DNA from: the human T2T-CHM13v2.0 reference genome, Homo sapiens
Direction: 5' to 3' (one strand)
Assembly: GCF_009914755.1 (NCBI RefSeq)
Contig: NC_060940.1
Length of the DNA stretch: 64,000 nucleotides
In this document: piece after piece, positions 46,877 to 59,359 of the stretch
Numbering within the stretch: position 1 is the first letter of the stretch
Layout of the letters: each line of letters opens with the position of its first letter
Notes under the pieces: model-generated
Told to the model about the DNA's origin: nothing
Seen by the model: only the letters and a program-made list of their open reading frames with translations
Database searches by the model: none
Position numbers and translations under genes: made by a program

Positions 46877-48060
46877 TGTATTAGCTTTCTACTGCTGCTT
46901 AACAAATCACCCCAAACTTAACACCTTAAAACAACAAACATTTCACATTTTCTGTGGGTCAGGAATTCAGGAGTGGTTTAGTTGTATGCTTCTGGATCAA
47001 GGTCTCTCATGAGTTGTAGTCATGGTGTTGGCCAGAGCTGCTGTCATCTGAAAGCTTGACTGGGGCTGGAGGGTCTGCCTTGAAGATGGTACATTCCCAT
47101 GGGTGTTGGCAGAGGGCCTCAGTTCCTCATCTCGTGGGCCTCTTCATAGGACTATTTAATGCCCTTACAACCTGACAGTTGACTTCTCCCGTGATAAGGT
47201 TTGTGTGTCCCCACCCAAATCTCATCTCCAATTGTAGCTCCCATAATTGCCACATGTCATGGGAGGGACCTAGTGGGAGGTAATTGAATCATGGGGACAG
47301 TTTCCCCCATACTGTTCTTGTGGCAGTGAATAAGTCTCATGAGATCTGATTTTTTTTTTTTTTTTTTTTTCCTGAGATGAAGTCTCACTCTGTCACTCAG
47401 GCCATAGTGCGGTGGCACGATCTCAGCTCACTGCCACTTCCGCCTCCTAGGTTCAAACGATTCTCCTGACTCAGTCTCCCAAGTAGCTGGGATTACAGGT
47501 GTGTGCCACCACGCCCAGCTAATTTTTATATTTTTAGTAGAGACGGGGTTTTGCCATGTTGGCTAGGCTGGTCTCAAACTCCTGACCTCAGGTGATCCGC
47601 CCGCCTCAGCCTCCCAAAGTGCTGGGATTACACATATGAGCCACCGCGCCTCGCCAATCTGATGGTTTTATAAAGGGGAGTTCCCCTGCACAAGCTTTCT
47701 CTTGCCTGCTGCCATGTAAGGTGTCCCTTTGCTCTTCCTTTGTCTTCTGCCATGATTGTGAGGCCTCCCCAGCCGTGTGGAGCTGTGAGTCCATTAAACC
47801 CCCTTCCTTTATAAATTACCCAGTTTTGGGTATGTCTTTATTAGCAGTGTGAGAGCAGACTAATACACCCCAGAATGATCAATTCAAGAAAGAGTTGGGG
47901 GAAGCTGCAATGCCTTGTATGCCCTGGCCTCTGAAGTCACACACTTCTATCGTAATCTATTTGTTAGAAGCAATTCCAGTCAATCCATCTCACATTTAAG
48001 GGGGAAGAAAACTATGCTCTACCCATTGAAAGAAGGAGTTTCAAAGAATTGGTGAACATT
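46877..48060 (-). mobile_element. MLT1 LTR interrupted by THE1 and Alu
   Basis: tgtattagctttctactgctgcttaacaaatcaccccaaactt...gggtcaggaattcagg. Confidence 0.7.
47192..47867 (+). mobile_element. THE1 (C/B-like) solo LTR containing an AluS (47349-47656, - strand)
   Basis: tgataaggtttg...ccccacccaaatctcatct...gcagactaataca; atctgat duplicated around the Alu. Confidence 0.88.
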
Positions 48061-48294
48061 AGTGACCCTTGTATCCTGTCCTTACAGTTCCTGCACTTAC
48101 CCCTAAATTAGCTGTTAGCACACTGAGTTGTCATTGTCTATCTCTTTGACCATGAGTTCTTCAAGGATGAAGACTTACTTCCTTTCACAATATTTAGAAT
48201 ATTTCTAAATTCTGTCACAGTTCCTTAAATACTGTTTAGTAACCACTTATTTGGTGAATCAATGACCTGTTCTAGATGCCTGAAAGGTATAGAT

Positions 48295-48450
48295 CAGTGC
48301 TTCTCAAACATTAATGGGCATCCCTGCAAATCACCCAGGTGTCTTGCTAAAATGAGGATTTTGATTCAGTAGGTCTGGGGTACAGCCCGAGACTGTTTTC
48401 CTAACAAGCTCCAAGGGGATGCTGTGCTCCATGGAGCACACTTTGAGTGG
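48295..48450. mobile_element. MER5A-like MITE
   Basis: cagtgcttctcaaac...gattcagtaggtctgggg...cacactttgag. Confidence 0.75.
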
Positions 48451-49088
48451 GTTAGGGTTTAGAAGATATGATCCCATTTCTAGATAAGCTTCATAACCCA
48501 ACTGGGAAGACACACTTCCCCCAGTAGGGCAGCCCAAGGCTGGCCATGAAGTAGTGTCAGCCTAGTCATGGGCAAACCTGCAGTATACTGGGCTCGCTTT
48601 CCCTCCAGCAGCCCTGATTGATTGAAGAGATGTCAGTGAAGGACAGTCAAGGAAGGGTCTGTGTGATATAGGAAGCCTTCCAAGTAGGCAGCATATTGTC
48701 ATTTGGCTCTGGAAGGTAGAGCTGGGCGGGGGCCACTCATGTATATGCCAAGGGGTTGCATAGCGTGAGCAAGGGTGGAGGGAGGCTGAGTCAACTCCTT
48801 GGGGGGGATCTGAAAGAAAGCTGGGGTTGAGTGGTGGCAGGTGATGGAGTCCCCATCTACACCTCAGAGAACTCATGAGCCCAGACTGTCTGCTGTGGTT
48901 GAAGCACTACTTTTGCTGGAGGAAAAGGGTTAGACTATGAAACGTATTTGTACTATTCCTGCCAGTTCTTGAGATATGTGATTCTAAGGCTCATATTTTA
49001 GAGAAAATTGAGCAAATCCAGATGTTTTCTGTTCATACCCTGAATCTCACCTTCATCCTTGCTGTTCTGATTTTACCAAGGTGAGGCA

Positions 49089-49095
49089 CGTGTGT

Positions 49096-49148
<53 letters not shown>
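49089..49148. repeat. (TG)n(AG)n compound microsatellite
   Basis: Direct reading. Confidence 0.95.
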
Positions 49149-49322
49149 ATCTGTCATCTCAAGTGGGGCATTGTCTTCTTATCACATGAAGGGCCAATGT
49201 AAGCGTAGGGTAATAATAATAATCCCCAATGTTTGGGGAAAGGTTTCACATCCATTTAGTCTAGTGGTGCTCAGCTGTAACTGCACATTGGAAACCCCTG
49301 TGAGCTTTAAAAATTACTGATG

Positions 49323-49602
49323 CCAGCAGGGCGCAGTGGCTCACGCCTGTAATCCCAGCACTTTGGGATGCCGAGGCGGGAGGATCACCTGAAAGAACAG
49401 CCTGACCAACATGGTGAAACCCTGTCTCTACAAAAATACAAAAATTAGCCGGGCATGATGGTGGGTGCCTGTAATCCCGGCTACTCAGGAGGCTGAGTGG
49501 GAAGAATCGCTCAAACCCAGGAGGCAGTGAGCTAAGATCACACCATTGAGCTCCAGCCTGGACAACAGAGGAAGACTCAGTCTCAAAACAAACAACAGAA
49601 CA
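49323..49602 (+). mobile_element. AluS with small deletions, inserted in a MER5-type MITE (~49260-49725)
   Basis: tactgatgcc duplicated on both sides. Confidence 0.8.
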
Positions 49603-50109
49603 CCTACTGATGCCTGGGTTCCACCTCCAGAGATTCTGATTTAATGGGTCTAGAGTGTAAGTTGGGCATCAGAATGTTTAAAACCTTCCCAGGTGATGCT
49701 ACTGTGTGGCCATGGTTGAGAGCCACTAGTTTAATCTTAGATGAACCCTTCACTAATAAAGGTAAGGGTTCATGTAAGATTAAACTAGTGGTTCTCAACA
49801 ACTAGATAAGATGACCTGTCTTTTTTTATTTTTAAAGAAATGAAAAAATTGTTTTTCAGCAAGTTGAGTGACTGCCTGAAATTCATACAACCAATAAGTA
49901 GGAAGGTCAGAACTCAAACTCAAGTTAGTTGGTTAGTGCTCGTTCAATTTGCATTACCAATGTTGCCTCCAGGTAGCTAGTATTATGCACATGACAAAGG
50001 AAGAGAACTTGAATTTAGATATCTGGTTAAAGGTCAGACTTTGAGTTAGGGTGTAGTTAGGGCTCTATATTTGTTTTTCTGTTTTTTGTTGTTGTTGTTT
50101 GTTTTTTTT

Positions 50110-51925
50110 ACTATAAATCAGTTTATTGTGGTTCAAATAGATAAACTGACATTCAAACATCTTAAACTTTAGGAACAAAAGTTTAACATTTAAACAGAAG
50201 TACAGTTTTCAGGAAACATCCAGAAAATAATTTGTTATCTAATCCAGAGTACTGACAAAGATTTCTTCATGATAAATAAAGTGTGTTTCACCAGCAGATT
50301 TTTTTTCTTTTTTTTTTCATTCCTTCATAAAAATCACTGGCAGTTTGATTCAGACCAACTTCCTAATGACTGTGGCTCTGTACCTTAGAGGAAACTGCTA
50401 AATAAATCCCTTAGGTTAACCAATGAGATTGGCCTATAATTCAGAGGGTATAAGCAAAGCATGTAAGTGAACAAATTAAATTGTTCTTTAGAGATGATGT
50501 AAAAGCATGTCCATTACAGTAATTTTCGCCTCTGACAGATTATTCAATTTTCAGTGTTTTACTTTTTTCTGGGGGTGGGCAGGGGGTGATGTGGGAGGGA
50601 AGGGGAGGGTCTTGCTCTGTTCCCAGGCTGAAGTGCAGTGACATGTTCATGGCTCACTGCAGCCTCAACCTCCTGGGTTAAATGCAATCCTCTTACCTCC
50701 GCCTCCTGAGTAGCTGGAATTACAGGCACACACTACCTTGCCCAGCTAATTTTTTAATGTTTTATAGAGGCATGGTCCCACTATGCTGCCCAGGCTGTTC
50801 TCAAACACCTGGGCTCAAGCAATCCTCCCACCTCAGCCTCCCGAAATATGTGGATTACTTGTGTAAGCCACTGTGCCCAGCCTTACCTGCTTTAAAACAC
50901 AAACAAACGAGCAAAAAAAAAAACCCAAAAAAAAAACACTTAGGTTTTCTTGGAGTCTGTGCTAGTTGCATCTTGCAAATGCAAACCATATAATGCTCTT
51001 TAATGAAAACCTTTCCATGCACACCACTGTTAGGAAGAGCATCATTAAATCACTGCCTTCTATACCCATAAAAGGATGATTTTGAGTTTCAAGTTAAATT
51101 TACTAGAGATAGCTTGTATATATCAATCATGTCACAAAAAAATATTTCCAAAGTGTTCTCTGTTCATAAATGTCACAAATGCTTCTCCTATTTGTCAGAT
51201 CATTTTGCAACAGGTTAACTAATACTTATCTACATAAAAACCTGAAAATTGGCACAGGCAAGCATTTTGAATTAGTAGATTACCCCCATGGAACAGTATT
51301 CAGACTTACTTTGTCTTGTGGGCTCTGAGGCTCTGGGAGGTAGAGGTGGACCCTGACAGTCCAGGTCATCAACATCCACATTCAGTTGAAGCCTCTCCTC
51401 AGGCACAGTCCAGTACTGAATACCATTTATCATTCTGCAAAATGTTGTCTACATCTTTCAGGTGCTGGTCATTCTTAGATTAGCTTCTTAGCTGTTCTGT
51501 TGACGAACAGAAGACTTCAGTTTTCAGGATGGATGTTCCAGCATCTTCCACAAGCTTTCACTTTCACATTTTTCACTAAATTATTTGTTATAAATTTGAT
51601 CTCCTTCAAAAGTCCCCTGAAGTCAACTTTGGTTGTAATGTATTTGTCTCTAACGTATTCTTCAAATTCTCTTTGTTTTTTTTCCTGTCATTGGAGGAGA
51701 ACTGCACCCAGAATCTTATTTTTACTACTTCCACGTGAATGTTAAGGTACACACAGAGGTTTCATCCAGAAGTCTTCCCTCTTCTTTCTGTTAAGTACTT
51801 CAATGTGCTCATTAAGCTTCTCTTTCTCTTCCCTTTCCAACAAAGATCTAGATTCCAAGTAGTGATCTTTTTGATGAGTCCTCTATCAAACTATGACACA
51901 TGTGAAGAACATACCTGAACAACCC
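50110..51925 (-). pseudogene. TCERG1: Processed pseudogene fragment of TCERG1 (C-terminal FF-domain region plus 3' UTR), heavily decayed
   Basis: - strand reads ESRSLLEREEKEKL, QREFEEYVRDKYITTKVDFRGLLKEIKFIT, DQHLKDVDNILQNDK and GPPLPPRASEPTRQ in broken frames, matching the recalled TCERG1 C-terminus; stop at 51306-51308; no introns. Confidence 0.88.
50607..50882 (-). mobile_element. AluJ inside the TCERG1-derived 3' UTR
   Basis: Diverged reverse Alu dimer; tail replaced by a G-rich tract on +. Confidence 0.8.
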
Positions 51926-52004
51926 TCAGGGATAATGCAGGATTTTTTGAGAAAGTTCCAGGGTATCTCCTGATGTCAGTGTACTTTCAGTCCTACACCT
52001 CAGA

Positions 52005-52925
<921 letters not shown>

Positions 52926-52929
52926 TAGT

Positions 52930-53456
52930 GGTTTTTTCTTCTTTAAAAAACTGCTGAGACATCCATAAACATTTTCAAAATGCAGGGTATGTTTTTCAGT
53001 GTTAAGGCAACTGTTTTGATGTGTTTTCCTTTGCTCTCTATCACCAAATACTGTACATACAAATAGTAAGACTGGGCTTTGTGTTGTCCACTGTCAATCC
53101 TAAATGAAACAAAATACATGGAGACTTTGAAAATCCTTCAGAATAATGCTATAGTTAAGATTTTGCTAAAGCAAGTGTTTTTTCTAACTCCTTGAGCTGC
53201 ATATTGCCTTGAGTAATCATCAACCGGATTGTATCCTCTTCGGTGGCAGTTTTGTTTCTTCTGAATTCTTCCCTTGCCCAGTCCTTCAGGTATTTGCAAT
53301 CAGAATCATTTGGAACTTGCCAAATTGTTTGCAAAATCCTTCTGTAGAGGAGAAGAATTTGTTGCCTTCTTATGAACGTGGGCACTGGGCAGCTGAGGCA
53401 CCGGGACTCAGGGACATCAAGCGCCTGATGCATCTCATGCGACCGCACCAAAACCC
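52930..53456 (-). pseudogene. LYRM2: Processed pseudogene of LYRM2 (alternative first exon, CDS from FVRRQQ to stop, proximal 3' UTR)
   Basis: FIRRQQILLLYRRILQTIWQVPNDSDCKYLKDWAREEFRRNK...LEKTLALAKS* (stop 53155-53157) matches recalled LYRM2 at about 67/73 aa, with the LYR motif; intronless; abuts the TSD. Confidence 0.92.
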
Positions 53457-54972
53457 AGGGCTCTATATTTCTAATGTCCCTGTTTGCTCTTCTCCTGTTT
53501 CTTTGAAGCCAAGTTTGGGCCGATACCCATATTAGATTAATAAATCCTAGGCTCCTTGATGACAAAGGTGATATTACTATCTGCTGATCCAAACCATGAA
53601 TAGTCAAGGTTGAAAAATGAAATTGGCAGGAAGAAGTGTACTTTATTGGACCCAACCTTGCAATGTCAATGTTCTTAGTTCTGAGAAATTCTTGCTCCTG
53701 GAATTCATCCAGTTTCATCTTTGGATACCTGCAACCTCCCTGCTCACAACTCATTCTTGATTAAATTAGCAGATGCTGATGATAGAATGAGACTGAGGCC
53801 AGTGATGCTAAAATAATTTCTTGCTGGTGAAGGAGGCCCCAGAGGTTTTACAAAAAAATTTTTAAAAGCACCACCTAGGGAATAGAGCCAAAATGCTCAG
53901 ACACTGCATGGAAGCCAGGGATTGTATTAAATCCGAGTAATTGGAGTGGAGAGGGAGAGTGTTTTGTAGTAATTGTCATCATAGCTGGCACCAGATCTCC
54001 TCTCAGGTAAGAACATAGAAGCTTGGAACTTACGAGAGAACTTAGCTTTCCAGTATTTTTTAGGTGTGGAATGTGAAGTCATGAGGGGGGCTGGTCTGCG
54101 AAGAGTCAGCAAGGTGAAAAGAGATAACAGAGTGTCTTGGGAGGTGCAGGAGAGCAGACAGAACAGGCAGGGAATAAAGAGAGGGAGATGGAAACGTGTC
54201 TGGAAGCTGGAAATTGCCCAGGCAGGTGGCCATTGAGAGATTTCTAAAACTTCTGAGAATGGGGGTATGTAATATTCTAAATCATTTGAAATATTATGCA
54301 ATCCTTTATCTGAATGCCTTGATGGAATCTGCTTTCTACATAGCTCTACAATTGTATTTTGAGGAATAAAGGGACCAGGGTACTTATTAGGGAGAGGTCA
54401 TACAGTGCAGAAAGGAGAAAAAAAAAAAAGAACTTGCAGAATAAAGGGGTGATCTGTAAAATGAACCAATTCAGTGGAAATGAGACCCAGGGTTGTAGCT
54501 GAAGTTGACTCCCCAAGACCCTCCAAAGAGATTGGGGGGCAATACTGTGTCTCCCACAGTTTGGGGTGTTTTGAAAAAATCTCATTTAAATCTCTGAAGT
54601 CAAGGTGATGCCACTTTGTCGCAAATGGAGTCTTCAGGAAGATATCCAGTCTGCAATAGCAAATGTGGAGGCCAGACTAAATGGAACGCCCCTGAGGAAA
54701 TTATGGATGTAGCAGCAGTCCAGTTCACACGCTCATTCATTCATTCATCAAACACTGGCACAACATCTTACATTGTCAAGGCATGTAATGTGTGCCGAGA
54801 ATATAGACACTGTCCTTGCCTTCAAGGAACTTTCACCTTTGGAGTGAGAAGGCGAAAATAACTGATATTTACTGAGCTCTTTCTGTATGCAGATACTAGG
54901 CTATCTATTTCACAGGCTTTGTCTTTTTAAAATTCTCCCAGCAGCTTTATAGGTAATTATTATCCCCTATAC

Positions 54973-55235
54973 GTGTGTGTGTGTGTATATATATATATGT
55001 GTATATATATGTGTATATATATATGTATACACATATATGTGTATACATATGTGTATATACATATATGTGTATATATATGTGTATATACATATATGTGTGT
55101 ATATATGTGTATATACATATATGTGTGTATATATGTATATACATATATATGTGTGTGTGTATATATGTATATACATATATATGTGTGTGTGTATATATGT
55201 ATATACATATATATGTGTGTATATATATATGTGTG

Positions 55236-55288
<53 letters not shown>
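54973..55288. repeat. (TG/TA)n compound microsatellite within a MIR
   Basis: Direct reading; pure (TA)n at the end. Confidence 0.95.
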
Positions 55289-55290
<2 letters not shown>

Positions 55291-56149
55291 AATCTGAGGC
55301 CCAGAGAGATTAGGGAATTTGTCTCAAATCTGACTTAGCTAATCTATGATAAAAAAACAAATGTTTGGACACAGGATTATCTGACCCTTAAGTTGGGGGA
55401 GGGGTTCTTATTTTGGTCAGAGGCAATTGAAAATTGGCAGTAGGTGGATCAGTCTGGATGTGTAATTTGGAAAATATTCCCGGTGTTTTTCTGGAGTCTC
55501 ACCTAATCTGCTCTGATGCCTAATAGCCCGTCCGTTACCAGTGCTTTCTAACACAGGGTTAGCCATTGCTATTCTCATCAGCTCCATGTTTAGAAGCTTA
55601 ACGCATCGACTCAGCAAGCCACAAACACCGTATCATGGATGCGCTGGCTAGCACGAGCATTCTGTGGGCCTGCTAAGGGGACGGGGCAGTGGAGAGCGCA
55701 GTGTGGAGCCTGGAATACTGATGCTCCAGAAACGTGGAGAGAGATGCCGCTCTTCATGGCAGGTACGCAGGCCTTGCTTCCTGCAGCAAGTTAAAATCAT
55801 CCACCATCATTAGCAAAGGGCTGTTACAAGGGCCTTTTTAAAGTGTCCTGTGCCCAGGCTACAAGGAGCAATCCATCATGTTCCATAAGCATAAACACTC
55901 CACAGCTAATTAAGTGAGGGTGAAATCATCTGCACCATCCATGTGATATTTATTTAAAATGATTTGCTTAAGATAGGCCCAGAGTCCTTCTCCTTAGGGA
56001 GGTATAGAGGAACTGGGAGGAGAAAATTTGGGCACTTGAGGAGCAGAAACGAATTGGACTGGCAAGCGGAGAAGCCACCTGGGCCTGCAGTTGGCTGTGG
56101 CAGTGAATGGACATCTGTTGTTTTTGTCTGTTCGACACCATCCTCTCCC

Positions 56150-56660
56150 GCCGGGGATCCATTTCTCTTCTACTCCTATCATGTAATGGGGATGGGGCTG
56201 CCAATCACAGTTTACCGTCCAATGCCCTGGTCGCAGGGGTCAGCATACCATCCAGGTTCAGCCAATCGTAGTGCCTTGTTTGCCTGATCTGAGTGATAGG
56301 TCCAGAGTTAGAGCCAGCCCTTTTGGCAGTGAGGACAAAGGACGTTGATATTTTTGTGTTATGGAGTTCAAAGGACAAGCAGCAAGAACTTCTGGGGCCT
56401 TCTTTATTTACCATGTGGAATTAGCTGTCTGTAGGAGATAATATCAAACAAAGGCCAGCAAAAATGGAGGAAGAGAGGGCTGTGAGTATTGGGGCTCCAG
56501 TTTCAGTTCTTGAGTCCCCTGAGTGCTGTCCTAGTTCTTGTAATTTGCGTTTTAATTGTTGTCTTCTAACGTTTCATAACTTAATACATTCCCCTTCTGA
56601 TTACACGTCTGTGAATTGGGTTACTGTTACTTGAAAGTGAAAGAACCTTGACTAACATAG
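56150..56660 (+). mobile_element. Ancient LTR (LTR16/MLT-like) remnant
   Basis: taatacattcccct...gggttactgttacttgaaagtgaaagaaccttgactaa 3' end. Confidence 0.5.
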
Positions 56661-58429
56661 ATGTGAACATCAACAATCACATCTTGGGAACATTTTCTTG
56701 CATGGAGCTGGCACCTTAACATGTTCTGTATTTGGTGCTGGGTGGCAATTGGACTGTACACTTACACGTCTGAACTTGAATGGACCCCAGGTATCAATAG
56801 GCCCCATTCTCCCATTTATTTGGCAGTTGAGGGGGCTGAGACTCATCATGGAAGAGAGACTCGCCATGATCACACAGCAAATCAGTGGCACAACCAAAGC
56901 TGTGAAGGGCCTGGGCCTCTTGGTTCTCAGGCCAGTACTCCCTGTCAGGGTTAGGGCTGATGATGTTTCCAGGCAGAGCAGTGGAACAAATGAACTAACT
57001 ATGAATGCACAGGATCAAGAGTCTCCAAAACATGTCAGGCCAGCCATACCTCCTTTTTGCCCCAGCTCTAAGTTTCCACCCTTACAACTTGCCAACACCA
57101 GGTGGACTGAATTATTCTTGGTTTGGTCTCATGCTCAGAGACCCAGCCTAGAACTCAACTTTCAGCACCTTGGCAGCAAGGCCTCAAAGCCAACCGTACA
57201 AAAAGCCTAGATGTTTTCAACATCGGTGTGGTGTGACTTCAAAGCATGGTCATCTACGTATCCCATGGAGCCATGAAAGAGGCGGGCTGGTGGGGGTGGG
57301 TGCACTTGCTGAGACAAAGCTTTCTACTCTCACTTCACCCAGGGCACCCCTCCTAATCACCCATTTTTAAGTCTTTTTTTTTTTTTAAATATATATATAT
57401 ATGTGGAGGTTTAAGGTACACTGCTTGAAAAAGCATTCCCCTTAAAGAAGAAAAAAAAAACTCTTAAAATCACGAATTTAATGAACTTAAACCCAGTAAA
57501 TAAGCAGGAAAGAAATTCCAACTGACCCTTCAGTAGGCCCAGAAACCTCATTATTGAAGGTAAAAAATCACAGCTTACTTTACAATGACCCATATTTTGA
57601 CAAATACTATCCATCAAATGATGGTTTTAAAGACAGAATCTTGGACAAATGGCCCCATGCCCATATTGTTAATTAATTAAGATATATGGTCTCATTCACT
57701 TGTCCGTTCACTGAATATTCACTGAGTGCCCATACGCTGGACTCACTGTGCTAAATACTGGAGGTACCACAGTGAATAAGATAACTGTGATCCTTACTCC
57801 TACGCAGATTTTAGAAATTTATTCTTCCCTTGCAACTGAACTCATTTTTTGAGGAATTATCTCCGGGCAGAGGAAAGGGAAGTTGGCTGTAAGATCAGGC
57901 TGGAAAGAGGTTTTGACAAATGAATCTTGGGTCCATCCATCTGTCTAAATATGGAGTCAGTCACCATCTCTCCTGAGCCAAGCTCAAGGAGGCTGAAGCT
58001 GACACAGCTCTCCATATATTTGCCCCTCTGTGTGTCTAATGGGGAGATATCTAGCCTATTTTGTTCTAGCTGCTAAAATCCTATCTGTGTCTCAGTGCCT
58101 GTCTTCCTTTAAGGATTTTGAAGGGTGAATTAGAAGCATCTTTACAACCCAGGCATCTAGGCTCCCAACCCCTGGGCATAGCCCTCAGAAACCACATATA
58201 TACATAATAGTGAGCTAACCTCAGGGGTGGAGGAACTGGTCTTCCCAGTGACTTATGAAAGTCTCATTGGAAGATGGGAAACTTTGGTTCTAGACTTGAC
58301 CCTGATGACCATGGGTAGCTTCAGGCAAATCCCTTCACCTGTCTGGCTCTCTACTTTACCGACTGAGTGAAGGAACCAAAATGTGGATTTTCCCAAAGAA
58401 ACATTTGAATTTCCATTTCTGATTGGATT

Positions 58430-58950
58430 AATTAAGGTAAGGCTAGCCTGCTGTAATTGAAAGTCTCAGGGGCATAACAAAATACATATTTATTTCTTTT
58501 CATGTCATAGTCAATAGGGGTGACTCTGGTCAAGCATTCTTTTATGTGGCTATGCAGGGGCTCAGTTACCTTCCAAACTGTGGCTCTGCCTTCCTTTAAG
58601 GTAGAGGCTGTGCAAAGTTTCCAAAAAGACCACCTGAATAGGCCAAGTGGATGAATGTACAAAATCAAGGTGATTCAAAACATCTGAGCTGGCAAATAGG
58701 GAAAGATTGAGAGAGGAGAGACTCCAGTGGGAGGTTTTAGGGACCAGGGCTAGAGGTGCCATGTACCTATTCTACCTACATTCCATTGGCCTGAGTCAGT
58801 CACATGGCCATGGCTAAGAGCAAGGCAGTCTGGAAGATGCAGTCTAGCTGTTCCATTGGCCTGGTCACATGGTCACAGCTAAGAGCAAGGCAGTCTGGGA
58901 AATGTAGTCTCTGTGGTAAAGAGGAAAGGAAAACACGTTTGCCAACCAAC
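58430..58950 (-). mobile_element. MLT1J/K-like LTR with a ~70-bp internal tandem duplication
   Basis: cattccattggcc...gtcacatgg...aaggcagtctgg repeated at 58781 and 58851. Confidence 0.7.
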
Positions 58951-59353
58951 CAACCAGTTGGGTATAGGAAACTGCAACTTTCCATGGCAGTCCCTTCTTG
59001 TTATTCTCTACTCAGTACGGGTTTAAAAATCATATACTTCTGCCTCAACCAGGAGGTACTTATAGGAGGTTGTTGCTATAATCCAGTTAGAAGATGACAG
59101 CAGTTTTTATGAGGGAAATGTGTCCACACACCCAGGTTTTCCCAGGATAGGCCATTTATGCCTGCAGTCTCAGCATCCCATCCACGTGGTGCTTCCTTTA
59201 ACTCTCAAAAGTATCCCAGTTTGGATGATAAATTATATAGTCATCCTATCTTCACCATGCAGATGACAGAAGAGAATATGAGATTGTGTAAAGATGCACA
59301 ATGTTGCTGAAAAGAAGCCACATATAGTCACTGTTCCATAAAGGCAGTGTTTT

Positions 59354-59359
59354 TTTAAT
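59354..59359 (-). terminator. Distal polyadenylation signal ATTAAA (alternative AATAAA at 59763-59768)
   Basis: Hexamer with downstream TATGTGGCTTCTTTT element on the - strand. Confidence 0.6.

Noticed and set aside
54947-55338. Six overlapping Y/I/V/C/H/T-rich ORFs (also 5-226)
   Set aside because: Translations of TA/TG microsatellites
56698-57210. 170-aa ORF
   Set aside because: Non-ATG start, crosses a MIR, no recognisable homology
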